This document shows, one piece after another, positions 47,771 to 57,283 of a stretch of 63,615 nucleotides of DNA. Made by a program: the position numbers and the translations under genes. Below the pieces are notes generated by a model that was not told the DNA's origin, ran no database searches, and worked only from the letters and a program-made list of their open reading frames with translations. The DNA lies in assembly GCA_900553365.1 (NCBI GenBank), contig USDL01000004.1, positions 1 through 63,615 of the forward strand, read 5' to 3'. Each line of letters begins with the position of its first letter. Positions within the stretch are counted from its first letter, which is position 1. The DNA comes from an uncultured Clostridium sp. GTDB taxonomy: Bacteria > Bacillota > Clostridia > TANB77 > CAG-508.

Positions 47771-48226
47771 TTAATTATTAATTACTTTTTTCATTGTAAT
47801 TTTTGTGCCTTCACCTAGAGCAGATTCAATTTTTAGCTCGTCCATAAAATTTTCCATAATGGTAAAGCCCATTCCCGACCTTTCCAATTCTGGCTTAGTT
47901 GTATATAGTGGCTCTTTTGCTTTTTCTATATTTTCTATTCCCTTGCCGTCATCAGTAATTATTATTTCTATGGAATTTGCAAATAAAGTACATTCAATAT
48001 GTATTACACCAATTTTGTTATCATAACCATGTATTATGCTATTTGTAACTGCTTCTGATACGGCAGTTTTTATGTCTGAAATTTCTTCTATGCTTGGATC
48101 AAGCTGTGCTGCAAAACTTGCAACTGTAATTCTGGCGAATGCTTCATTACTAGATTTGCTCAAAAATTCAAGTTTCATTTTATTTTCATACACATTTTCC
48201 AATTTTTGTTCCTCCTTGTTCTTCAA
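47771..48226 (-). CDS. spoIIAB: Anti-sigma F factor (serine kinase) SpoIIAB
   Basis: [29 protein letters not shown] and ERSGMGFT motifs. The track start is a TTG, and the true start is probably one of the downstream TTG/GTG/ATG codons. Confidence 0.85.
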   Translation of the reverse strand: MKNKEEQKLENVYENKMKLEFLSKSSNEAFARITVASFAAQLDPSIEEISDIKTAVSEAVTNSIIHGYDNKIGVIHIECTLFANSIEIIITDDGKGIENIEKAKEPLYTTKPELERSGMGFTIMENFMDELKIESALGEGTKITMKKVINN

Positions 48227-48527
48227 TTATTGGTATTATTTTCGTTACTCCTGACATTTCAAAAACTTTTTTAACAGTTGGCGAAACATTTTTCATGCTC
48301 ATTGTTCCTCCAAACATTGTTATTAACTTATATCTTCCTAATATCATTCCTATTCCTGCACTATCCATAAAGCTTACTTTTGCAAAATCTATAACTAATT
48401 TTTTAGGTATGTATTTTTGTATTTCAAAGTCTGCTCTTGTTCTTATTTTTTCTGCATAATGATGGTCTATTTCTTCTGTTATTTGCAAAGTTAAAAGCTT
48501 GTCTATTTCATTATATGTAACCTTCAA
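48186..48527 (-). CDS. spoIIAA: Anti-sigma F factor antagonist SpoIIAA (STAS domain)
   Basis: 113 aa. Phosphorylatable-Ser motif FMDSAGIG. Confidence 0.85.
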   Translation of the reverse strand: MKVTYNEIDKLLTLQITEEIDHHYAEKIRTRADFEIQKYIPKKLVIDFAKVSFMDSAGIGMILGRYKLITMFGGTMSMKNVSPTVKKVFEMSGVTKIIPIIEEQGGTKIGKCV

Positions 48528-48559
48528 AAAAAATCCCTCCTATTTTTATTGTATACCTA

Positions 48560-48616
48560 ATATATTCTAGGTTTTTTAGGCTTTTCCTTCGATGAAAAAT
48601 GGGAAGTTTTGACGAA
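48560..48616 (-). promoter_or_regulatory. Putative sigma-H type promoter plus Spo0A box upstream of spoIIAA
   Basis: Minus strand reads GAAGGAAAA (48590-48582), then 14 nt, then GAAT (48567-48564). TGACGAA (48610-48616, plus strand) fits the 0A-box TGNCGAA. Assignment is by analogy with B. subtilis spoIIA. Confidence 0.3.
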
Positions 48617-48619
48617 AAA

Positions 48620-48651
48620 AAACAAATTGTAATGTTGTTTACAATTTGTTT
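48620..48651. terminator. Hairpin terminator downstream of the dGTPase-like gene
   Basis: 11-bp stem AAACAAATTGT / ACAATTTGTTT with A/T runs on both sides. Confidence 0.6.
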
Positions 48652-48714
48652 TAAATATCTTTTTATTCAAAATTATTTTGGGATTCATCTTATTCAATTT
48701 TAAGTTCTTAAATT

Positions 48715-49863
48715 TTATTCCAAATACAATTCACATTCATTTAAGAAAAATTTATCGGTCTGGCCTGCAATATAGTCTATTATTACTCTTTTTATGTTTT
48801 CATCTGGTCTTTCCATCATTTTATTTACAAAATGATATAGTATTCTTTCTGATGAAGTTATTGTATTTTTCTTTAGTTCTTCTTTTACATTAACTTCGCT
48901 TAGTTTTTCTAAGTAAAAGTAATATAATCTTATGCATAGTTTTTCTATCTTATCATAATTAACATTTGCCTTTTCAGAATTGTATATTTTTTCATAGTTC
49001 CAGTCTTTTAATTCCATTAATGCTTCAAATACGTCTTTTGAAAAGCTTAAGTATGGTTTATCAAAACTATTTATGATTACATCTTTTATTAATGTGTCAA
49101 CTATTTTTGAATTGTTATCTCCAATAATTTTTCTTGGATATTCTGGAATTTCATCTCTTTCAACTATTCCTAGTGTTATGGCATCTTCTATATCACGTCC
49201 AATATATGCAATAACGTCTGATAGTCTTACAACACTTCCTTCTATTGTAATTGGTATTATTTTTCTACTGTAATCCTTTTCATGGAAAGCATTGTATAAA
49301 TCTCTTTCAAACTCTGCTTTTGATTTGGTAATGTTATGCTCATATTTGTTTTTTAGAATTTCTCCATTATGTGCCAAAATTCCATCTAGCGTTTGCATGC
49401 TAATGTTTAATCCTTCTATGTCTTCCAAAATTCTAACACTTTGTGCATTATGGCAGAAGTATCCAATTTTTTCTTTTTCACATATTGAATTAAGTAAACT
49501 TTCACCTTTATGCCCAAAAGGTGTATGACCAATGTCATGTCCTAGTGCTATAGCCTCTATTAAATCTTCATTTAATTTTAGACTTCTTCCTATCGTTCTT
49601 GCTATTTTTGATACTAATTGTACGTGTAATACTCTTCTTGTTATATGGTCGTTTTGGATAAAAGAATATACCTGTGTTTTATCAATATACCTTGCATATC
49701 CTGATGAATGAATTATTCTATCAATATCTCTATAAAATATTGGTCTAATATCTTCAGCATCTTCTTTTAACCATGTTCCATCCTTTGATTTAAATGCATA
49801 TTTTGATAAATATTTTTCTTTTAATAACATGTTTTTCTTTGCTTTTTTTAATATATCATTCAT
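48715..49863 (-). CDS. dGTP triphosphohydrolase-like HD-domain protein
   Basis: 382 aa. HD motif region RRVLHVQLVSKIAR...ALGHDIGHTPFGH. Confidence 0.8.
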   Translation of the reverse strand: MNDILKKAKKNMLLKEKYLSKYAFKSKDGTWLKEDAEDIRPIFYRDIDRIIHSSGYARYIDKTQVYSFIQNDHITRRVLHVQLVSKIARTIGRSLKLNEDLIEAIALGHDIGHTPFGHKGESLLNSICEKEKIGYFCHNAQSVRILEDIEGLNISMQTLDGILAHNGEILKNKYEHNITKSKAEFERDLYNAFHEKDYSRKIIPITIEGSVVRLSDVIAYIGRDIEDAITLGIVERDEIPEYPRKIIGDNNSKIVDTLIKDVIINSFDKPYLSFSKDVFEALMELKDWNYEKIYNSEKANVNYDKIEKLCIRLYYFYLEKLSEVNVKEELKKNTITSSERILYHFVNKMMERPDENIKRVIIDYIAGQTDKFFLNECELYLE

Positions 49864-50193
49864 AAATTTTGTATTCCGCCTTCTATATTATATAAATTTT
49901 TATATCCTTGTTTTTTTAATATTTCCATTGCCCTTTTGCTTCTTATTCCAGCACTACAATAAACAATTACTATATTATCCTTATTTATTATTCTTGTTAC
50001 ATTTTTGTTTAAGTCAAATACAGGAATATTAACACTTCCGTGCTAAATGTCCCTCTTTATATTCTTGATTACTCCTAACATCTAATAATGTTACATTATT
50101 ATTTGTTTTAATAATCTCAAGCATTTCCTTTACAGTAATATTTTCTTTGTTTCTATATATTTTTCTTATTATTTTTTTAAACACTTTTTTCAT
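49860..50193 (-). CDS. Single-domain rhodanese sulfurtransferase. It is continuous only if C50040 of an in-frame CGG is skipped (+1). Neither half is in the ORF track.
   Basis: Frame 0 gives MKKVFKKIIRKIYRNKENITVKEMLEIIKTNNNVTLLDVRSNQEYKEGHLA-CGG-KC*. The +1 frame gives GSVNIPVFDLNKNVTRIINKDNIVIVYCSAGIRSKRAMEILKKQGYKNLYNIEGGIQNL* with the active-site loop CSAGIRS. Stop overlaps the next ATG (ATGA). Confidence 0.7.
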
Positions 50194-50246
50194 CTCCTAA
50201 AAAATCCCTAATATAATATATTAAGGATTTTTTAATTTTGTGAAAA

Positions 50247-50684
50247 TTAAGTGTTTTCTTCAAAATTAGCGGATAAAGCTATTATACTTAAAACATAAGA
50301 AGTTAGAATAATTGGGAAAAATATTTTTGTTACTGGCATCCTTACAATAGCTATAACGGCTAATGTAAATAATACTGTTCCTAATATTCCAAGTATTGAT
50401 GTTGCAAGAACTTTCAATACTCCTTGTTTATTATATCTTATAACAAAATATACTAAAATAATTGCTGTTGATAAACTAGCAACAAATTTATAGTGTTTTG
50501 CTGTTTCAAGTAAAATATTTTTTGTATAACCATTTGCATAGTTAAATCCATATCTACCTAATACAAACATTCCTACTACAATAATAATTATACTTATGGC
50601 TAATAATATTTTCTTTGCGATTTTCATTTCTACATTATTCCTTTCTTTCAAAACAAAGCTTTGAAGCTGTTTTTTATTTTTCAC
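50247..50684 (-). CDS. Integral membrane protein (145 aa, about 4 TM)
   Basis: Hydrophobic profile. Overlaps the stop of the upstream SecD-like gene by 11 nt. Confidence 0.45.
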   Translation of the reverse strand: MKNKKQLQSFVLKERNNVEMKIAKKILLAISIIIIVVGMFVLGRYGFNYANGYTKNILLETAKHYKFVASLSTAIILVYFVIRYNKQGVLKVLATSILGILGTVLFTLAVIAIVRMPVTKIFFPIILTSYVLSIIALSANFEENT

Positions 50685-52059
50685 TTAGGTTTTCATATAT
50701 ATACTTTGTGAATACATAATTGTATAAATATACCATAATTATTCCCCAGAATAAGGTCATTCCAAAGCTATTTATATATGTTAATTTTCCATAGGTAAAT
50801 ACTAATGCAATAATATATATTGGTAGTGAATTAAATAAAAATTGTAAATTTGATTTTTTATACATTCCTTCTACTTCTGTATTTAAATTTGTTAATGTAA
50901 TATAGGTAAATATATAATCTAATATCAATGATATTATTATTGCTGCCATTCCTTCCATTGTTATTGTTACACTTGTTAATCTTAGTAGTAATAATAATAC
51001 TGCTAAATATCCTACTTGGAAGTATATTGAGATAAATCCTTTTGCTTTAAATTTTATTATTAAATATGCATACGCTAGTAAGAATACCATTCCTATTGCT
51101 GATAAATACAACAATATTGATTGAGTTGTTATGTTTGTTTCAACAACTTCATCTGAGTATTCATATTGTAGCGGTGTTGTTCCTGAATTTAATAATACTG
51201 CTTGCTGACTTGCAGATTTAACTGCTTCATTTAATTCTTTTGTATCGCTTGATGCAGCAAATGTTAGTATTATTTTACCATCATATACAATATTAGGTAA
51301 CACTGTTGCTCCTAAGAATGAATCGTTTAATATAACCCATACTGATTTTGATTTTTCAACTTGTTTTGTTTCTCCTGTTTCATCTGTTTGCTCTTCTGTT
51401 GTTGTTTTGTATATATCTGCTAGTTCATTGATTCTTTTTGTTCCTTCTTCATTAAAAGATAATTGTAAAAATATTCCTGTTTCAATATCTCCTTGGCTTC
51501 TCATAACTTCTGCTTTATCAAAATAGCTATTATCAAATACTACTTCAAATGTTTCGCTATCTAATAAAATTAAGCTACCAGTATTTTTGATTAAATATTC
51601 TATTTCATCGGCACTTTCATTTTCAGGTATTTGTAATTTTATTTGACCTGTTTTTTCATCAAGTTCTATATTAAAGTCTGCTATATTATTTCCTTCTAAT
51701 CTTTTTTCAATAATGTCCTTTGTCTTTCTATAGTTTTCTAATGTCTTTATTGATGCATCATTTACTGGTGTTTCAACAGTTTTATAACCAGCCTCTTCAG
51801 TATATTCTACTCCATCTTCTGGTGTTATAATGTTTCCTTCAGCATCATATATTGTTTTTGTTGTTTGTTCACTTACATTTGCTGTAATTGTTCTTGTTTG
51901 ACCAAATTCCATTCCTAATTTTAGGTTTGGCAGTAAATTTACTTTTTCTCCATTTTCATTTTTCTTGTATACTCCAAAAAAAGATGCGAACATTAAAAGT
52001 GCTAAAACTAAAATTATAATAATTGTTATTGTCTTTGTGTGCTTTTTCACGTTATTCAA
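50674..52059 (-). CDS. SecD-like membrane protein (divergent)
   Basis: N-terminal TM. The periplasmic-type segment IIEKRLEGNNIADFNIELDEKTGQIKLQIPE...NTGSLILLD resembles the SecD P1 head. C-terminal TM bundle. Confidence 0.4.
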   Translation of the reverse strand: MNNVKKHTKTITIIIILVLALLMFASFFGVYKKNENGEKVNLLPNLKLGMEFGQTRTITANVSEQTTKTIYDAEGNIITPEDGVEYTEEAGYKTVETPVNDASIKTLENYRKTKDIIEKRLEGNNIADFNIELDEKTGQIKLQIPENESADEIEYLIKNTGSLILLDSETFEVVFDNSYFDKAEVMRSQGDIETGIFLQLSFNEEGTKRINELADIYKTTTEEQTDETGETKQVEKSKSVWVILNDSFLGATVLPNIVYDGKIILTFAASSDTKELNEAVKSASQQAVLLNSGTTPLQYEYSDEVVETNITTQSILLYLSAIGMVFLLAYAYLIIKFKAKGFISIYFQVGYLAVLLLLLRLTSVTITMEGMAAIIISLILDYIFTYITLTNLNTEVEGMYKKSNLQFLFNSLPIYIIALVFTYGKLTYINSFGMTLFWGIIMVYLYNYVFTKYIYENLSEK

Positions 52060-52079
52060 ATCCTTTCTGTTTAATTATT

Positions 52080-52757
52080 TTATAATAATCTTGTATTATT
52101 TATAATAAGCTCAAACCAGATATTTAAGTACTTTGCAGCATATTTGCTCATCATTGTCCTATCCATAAATATTTCGAAGTAATCTAGTACTGGGCATATT
52201 TTAGTATCAATAGTTAAATCTAATATTACTTTTCTATCTTCCTTATCTATTTTTAGGTTTGCTTCTGTAACAGCATAGTTTACTCTATCATGTATTTCAA
52301 ATCTTGTTAAATTCTTATTTACAACCCTGTCTCTGTGTACATCTGATTTATCAGCTAATATTAATGCCGCTGAAATATCACTAACAGCTGTTCCTGTTGT
52401 TTCATCATGATTTCCTATTGCAGACATTATCTCTGTTCTATCTTTTACGTCCATTCCCATATCTTTTAGAATGTTATATGCTAAAATTGCGCCTGAATGA
52501 GCATGGTCAACTCTATTTACGCCATTTCCTATATCATGCAAATAACCTGCAATTTTGGCAAGTTCAACCCTGTGTTCATCATAGCCTAAAGTCTCTAAAA
52601 TTTTTCCTGCTCTATTTGAAACTATACTAACATGTCTTTGTGAGTGTTCTGTATATCCTAAAGCATCTAATTGTTTTTGTGCTCCAATAACTAGCTCTTG
52701 TACCTCTGGATTATTCTTTACATCTTCTAAAGTTACCATTAATTTCCTCCTTTTCAT
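52080..52757 (-). CDS. HD-domain phosphohydrolase
   Basis: HSQRHVSIVS...GYLHDIGN...NHD metal-binding pattern. Confidence 0.7.
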   Translation of the reverse strand: MKRRKLMVTLEDVKNNPEVQELVIGAQKQLDALGYTEHSQRHVSIVSNRAGKILETLGYDEHRVELAKIAGYLHDIGNGVNRVDHAHSGAILAYNILKDMGMDVKDRTEIMSAIGNHDETTGTAVSDISAALILADKSDVHRDRVVNKNLTRFEIHDRVNYAVTEANLKIDKEDRKVILDLTIDTKICPVLDYFEIFMDRTMMSKYAAKYLNIWFELIINNTRLL

Positions 52758-52811
52758 ATGTTGGTATTATATCAAAAAATTTTTTTAAATACAACAATAT
52801 AATGAAAAAAA

Positions 52812-54059
52812 CTATATTTCATCAACCGTTTCATCTTTTATAAAATATTTTGTATTTTTCATTTTATCTGGTAAATATTGTTGTTCAACTCTATGGTTTG
52901 GATAGTCATGTGGGTATTTGTAGCCCACACCATAGCCAAATTCGCTCATTCCACTTACTGGTGCATTTCTTATGTGCATTGGTATTTCGCCAGTATCTTT
53001 ACTTGATACATCTGCTAAAGCTTTATCTATTGCTAAATATGCACAGTTTGATTTTTTAGAAAGGGCCACATATAAAGCCGCTTCTGCAAGTATAATTCTC
53101 GCTTCTGGCATTCCAACATTTGCAACAGCCTGCATTGCTGATGTTGCAACAACTAAAGCATTAGGATTTGCTAAACCTACATCTTCTGCTGCTGCAATTA
53201 CAATTCTTCTTGCTAAAAATACTGGATCCTCTCCGCCATCTATTGCTCTAGCTAAATAAAATATTGTTGCATCTGAATCGCTTCCCCTCATGGATTTTAT
53301 AAATGCACTTATATTATCATAATGGCTATCTCCTGCCTTATCAAACATTGCTTTTTTCTTGCCCATACATTCTGCTGCAATTTCTTTAGTTATTTCTATT
53401 GTTCCATCTTTATTCATTTCTGTTGTAAGAACTGCAAGTTCTAATGTATTTAGTGCTGTTCTTACATCTCCTGATGATAATTTTGCTATTGCCTCTAGTG
53501 TTTCATCTTCAATGCTAATTTTATAATTTCCTAAACCATCTTTATTTATTAAAGCATTTTTTAAAATTTTAAATATATCCTCATAAGTTAATGGCTTTAA
53601 TTTTACCACCATTGACCTTGATATTAACGCTTTATTAACTGAAAAATATGGATTTTCAGTTGTTGCTCCTATTAATATTATTGTTCCATTTTCTACAAAT
53701 GGAAGTAAAGCATCTTGTTGAAGTTTGTTAAATCTATGAATCTCATCTATAAATAAAATGCACTTTCCTGATGGATTTAGGAATAAATTTTTAGCTTCCT
53801 CTACTGCATTTTTTATATCTGCCACTCCCGCAGTTACTGCATTTAATTGTATAAATTTGTATTTAGTTGTATTACTTATCACTTTTGCTATCGATGTTTT
53901 CCCGCAACCAGTTGGTCCCCATAAAATTACACTTGTTAGTCTATCAGCTTTTATTGTTCTATATAATATTTTATCTTTACCAAGTATCTCTTCTTGTCCT
54001 ACAAATTCTTCCAATTTTGTTGGTCTTACTCTGTGTGCTAGTGGTTCCATATTTTTCAC
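52812..54059 (-). CDS. rarA: Replication-associated recombination protein A (AAA+ ATPase)
   Basis: 415 aa. GPTGCGKTSIA Walker A, FIDEIHRFNK Walker B/sensor and the MgsA C-terminal domain (YLARAIDGGEDP). Confidence 0.88.
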   Translation of the reverse strand: MKNMEPLAHRVRPTKLEEFVGQEEILGKDKILYRTIKADRLTSVILWGPTGCGKTSIAKVISNTTKYKFIQLNAVTAGVADIKNAVEEAKNLFLNPSGKCILFIDEIHRFNKLQQDALLPFVENGTIILIGATTENPYFSVNKALISRSMVVKLKPLTYEDIFKILKNALINKDGLGNYKISIEDETLEAIAKLSSGDVRTALNTLELAVLTTEMNKDGTIEITKEIAAECMGKKKAMFDKAGDSHYDNISAFIKSMRGSDSDATIFYLARAIDGGEDPVFLARRIVIAAAEDVGLANPNALVVATSAMQAVANVGMPEARIILAEAALYVALSKKSNCAYLAIDKALADVSSKDTGEIPMHIRNAPVSGMSEFGYGVGYKYPHDYPNHRVEQQYLPDKMKNTKYFIKDETVDEI

Positions 54060-54083
54060 TTCCCTAATTTTGTATAAATTCTA

Positions 54084-54680
54084 TTAATTTCCTAATACTG
54101 ATAATGCCTTTTTTATTATTTCTTCTACTGTTAAACTCTTTGTTTCTATCTTTTCTAGGGCTTTTTCTATTTCTTTTCTTGTATATCCTAATACTTGCAA
54201 AGCTGTAATTGCTTCTGAATCCTTTTCTTCTACATACATTGCTTCTACAACTTTTGTATCATTATTTACTGCTTGTTCTGTTTTTATTTTATCTTTTAAT
54301 TCTAATATAATCCTTGCTGCGGTTTTATTACCAATTCCAGGAATTTTTACTATTTTAGACACATCATTTGAAATTACTGCTAATGCAAAACTTGATGGTG
54401 TTATGCTTGAAAGTATTTGTATTGCTAATTTTGCTCCTATTCCACTTACTGATAATAGTAATTCAAACATACGTAATTCCTCATTAGTTAAAAAGCCATA
54501 TAAGCTAATGTTATCTTCTCTTACATAGTAATATGTATATACCTTTTGTGTTTCTCCAACATCTGGCAATTTTTCAATAATATTTGGTGACATAAATATT
54601 CTATATCCTACACCGCTGCAATCAATTACAACATAATTGTTTGCTTTATCTGCAATTCTTCCGTTTATATATGCGTACAT
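54084..54680 (-). CDS. ruvA: Holliday junction DNA helicase subunit RuvA
   Basis: 198 aa. Starts MYAYINGRI..., with HhH motifs (VSGIGAKLAIQIL, IPGIGNKTAARII). Confidence 0.88.
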   Translation of the reverse strand: MYAYINGRIADKANNYVVIDCSGVGYRIFMSPNIIEKLPDVGETQKVYTYYYVREDNISLYGFLTNEELRMFELLLSVSGIGAKLAIQILSSITPSSFALAVISNDVSKIVKIPGIGNKTAARIILELKDKIKTEQAVNNDTKVVEAMYVEEKDSEAITALQVLGYTRKEIEKALEKIETKSLTVEEIIKKALSVLGN

Positions 54681-54744
54681 TTTTTCACTCCCTTACTATT
54701 GAATCATGAATAACGAAAGACTCATTATTCATGATTCTAATTTA

Positions 54745-56583
54745 TTATTCTACAGTTACTGATTTTGCAAGGTTTCTTGGTTTATCAACATCCAAACCTT
54801 TTTCTTTTGAAATATAATATGCTAATAATTGTAATGGTATTATTGAAAGCACTGGTGATAGCTCTGTTGAGATTTCTGGTATTTTAATTATTGCTTCAAA
54901 TCCTTTATTTTCTATGTTTTGATTTGTAACTGCCAATACCTTTGCTCCCCTTGTTATTACTTCTTGAACATTACTAATAGATTTTTCTACTAGGTCTTTA
55001 TCTGTTATTGTTGCAATAACTGTTACTCCATTATCTATTAAAGCTATTGGGCCATGTTTTAATTCTCCTGAAGCATATCCTTCTGAATGGATATATGAAA
55101 TTTCTTTAAGTTTTAAAGAACCTTCTAAGCTTACTGCATAGTCTACTCCTCTTCCTAAGAAGAACATATCTCTTTCTTTATATACTTTCTTTGCAAATTT
55201 CTTTACTTCTGCGATATTTTTTAATACTTCTTCTACTTTTGAAGGTAATTTTAGTAAATCACTCTTTAATGTTTCAATTTTGCTTTCATCTACTCTTTGT
55301 AATGTTTCAGCACAGTATAAAGCAATTAGTGTTAAAATTGTTATTTGAGATGTATATGCTTTTGTTGAAGCTACTGCAATCTCTGGTCCTGCATGTGTAT
55401 ATATTGAGTAATCTGCTTCTCTTGTTATTGAACTTCCAATAACATTTGATATTGCAAGTGTTTTTGCACCTTTTGATTTTGCAAGTTTTAATGCTGCGAT
55501 TGTATCTGCTGTTTCTCCTGATTGGCTGATATATATTGTTAAAGTTTTTTCATCTACTAGTGGATCTCTATATCTAAACTCTGAAGCTATATCTACTTCA
55601 ACTGGTATCTTGCAAAGTTTTTCAAAAATATTCTTTGAAACTATACCTGCATGCATTGCTGTACCACAAGCTACTATATATATTTTGTTTAAACTTTCTA
55701 AGTATTCTTTAGTAAAGTTTAATTCATCAAAATGAACTTTTGAGTTGTTAAGTCTTGTTCCTATTGTTTCTCTTATAGCTTTTGGTTGCTCATTTATTTC
55801 TTTTAACATGAAATGTTCATATCCATCTTTTTCTGCACCTTTACTATCCCATTCAATACTTTTTGTTGTTTTCTTTATTTCTTTTAATTCAGTATCATAA
55901 AATTTAATATTATTTGTTGTCAATACCGCAAATTCGCAATCATTTAAGAAATAGAAATCCTTTGTGTATGAAAGTATTGCTGGTATATCTGATGCTATAT
56001 AGTTTTCTCCATTGCCTTTGCCTATAACTAATGGGCTATCTTTTCTAACAACTATCATTTTATCTGGTTGCTCACCTGAAATTATTTCTAATGCAAAACT
56101 TCCCTTTAAATCCATACATGCATTTCTTACAGCTCTTAAGAATTTCATATCATCATTTGTTTTATCTTGTTTATAGTAATAGTTTATTAAATTTGGAACA
56201 ATTTCTGTATCTGTTTGTGATACAAACTTATATCCCTTTTCTATCAAATTTTCTTTTAACTCATGATAATTCTCTATAATTCCATTATGTACAACAGCAA
56301 ATAAACCGTCCATATCTGTATGTGGATGTGAATTTTCTTTTGATGGTTTACCATGTGTTGCCCATCTTGTATGTGCAATTCCTATTGTGCCTTTTAGGTC
56401 TTCTATTCCTGGTATTGCCTCTAAATTGCTTACTCTACCTTTATCTTTTTTTACTTCAATTTTTCCATTTTCAATTACAGCAATACCTGCTGAATCATAA
56501 CCTCTGTATTCTAATCTTTTTAATCCTTGTAATAATATTGGTGTTGCCTTCTTTTTTCCAATATATCCTACTATTCCACACAT
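54745..56583 (-). CDS. glmS: Glutamine--fructose-6-phosphate aminotransferase
   Basis: 612 aa. N-terminal MCGIVGY nucleophile, two SIS domains and C-terminal ...LAKSVTVE. Confidence 0.92.
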   Translation of the reverse strand: MCGIVGYIGKKKATPILLQGLKRLEYRGYDSAGIAVIENGKIEVKKDKGRVSNLEAIPGIEDLKGTIGIAHTRWATHGKPSKENSHPHTDMDGLFAVVHNGIIENYHELKENLIEKGYKFVSQTDTEIVPNLINYYYKQDKTNDDMKFLRAVRNACMDLKGSFALEIISGEQPDKMIVVRKDSPLVIGKGNGENYIASDIPAILSYTKDFYFLNDCEFAVLTTNNIKFYDTELKEIKKTTKSIEWDSKGAEKDGYEHFMLKEINEQPKAIRETIGTRLNNSKVHFDELNFTKEYLESLNKIYIVACGTAMHAGIVSKNIFEKLCKIPVEVDIASEFRYRDPLVDEKTLTIYISQSGETADTIAALKLAKSKGAKTLAISNVIGSSITREADYSIYTHAGPEIAVASTKAYTSQITILTLIALYCAETLQRVDESKIETLKSDLLKLPSKVEEVLKNIAEVKKFAKKVYKERDMFFLGRGVDYAVSLEGSLKLKEISYIHSEGYASGELKHGPIALIDNGVTVIATITDKDLVEKSISNVQEVITRGAKVLAVTNQNIENKGFEAIIKIPEISTELSPVLSIIPLQLLAYYISKEKGLDVDKPRNLAKSVTVE

Positions 56584-56708
56584 ATTTTTTCCTCCTTTTA
56601 TAAGTATATTGTAAAATATAAATATGTTGTATTATATTATATAAATTCGTTTTATGCAAGTAGGCAAAGCATATTTATTTTTGGCATGTTATAATTTGAA
56701 GGCAAAAC

Positions 56709-56735
56709 AAAAAACCAGATAAATCTGGTTTTTGT
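56709..56735. terminator. Intrinsic terminator downstream of the lipoprotein gene
   Basis: AACCAG-ATAAAT-CTGGTT hairpin. The minus strand reads a T-run after the stem. Confidence 0.6.
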
Positions 56736-56745
56736 TTTCAAAAAT

Positions 56746-57180
56746 TTATTTTACTTTGTAGCCTTGCTCTTCTAAAGTTGTTTTTATTTCGTCTTTAGTC
56801 ATGTTTGCTTCTTCAGAATCACCTACTAATTCAGCATAAGTTTTTGCGTCTAGATTCATTATAGCTTTTTTACCTCTTTGTTTTAATTCTGGGAAATTTA
56901 ATTCTCCATCTTCTGCAAAAGCTTTTGCAAATTGAATCATTGCATTGAATTCATCAACGTATTTTTTAGCTGCATCCTTATCTTCAAAAGTAAATGTCAT
57001 TTTTATGTTATTAACTTTATCTTTTTTGAAAGTTACAACTGTTTCTTCTTTAAATTTTGGAGTTGTTTCTGTTGCTTCAACTTCTCTTGTTGCAACTAAT
57101 TTATTTCCACAACCTGTTAAAGTTAATACTGCTAATAACATTACAGCTGCTAATAATACTATTTTTAATGTTTTTTTCAT
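56746..57180 (-). CDS. Lipoprotein (144 aa)
   Basis: Signal peptide with lipobox LTLTGC. Confidence 0.6.
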   Translation of the reverse strand: MKKTLKIVLLAAVMLLAVLTLTGCGNKLVATREVEATETTPKFKEETVVTFKKDKVNNIKMTFTFEDKDAAKKYVDEFNAMIQFAKAFAEDGELNFPELKQRGKKAIMNLDAKTYAELVGDSEEANMTKDEIKTTLEEQGYKVK

Positions 57181-57283
57181 TATTTCACCCCCATCATTTT
57201 TAATAATTAAATAATATCAAACCTAAAAAAAATAGTCAAGCAATTTTCGTATATTTTTTAAATAAAAAGGGAAAACTTATTTT

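Noticed and set aside
48186-48226. The 41-nt overlap of spoIIAA and spoIIAB, as a possible further frameshift site.
   Set aside because: The overlap comes from the track choosing an upstream TTG for spoIIAB. Downstream TTG/GTG/ATG starts after the AAGGAGGA RBS give a normal arrangement, and there is no CGG here.
56584-56745. A glmS ribozyme upstream of glmS.
   Set aside because: The 160-nt leader is very AT-rich and lacks the conserved GC-rich core of the glmS ribozyme. Part of it is the terminator of the upstream lipoprotein gene.
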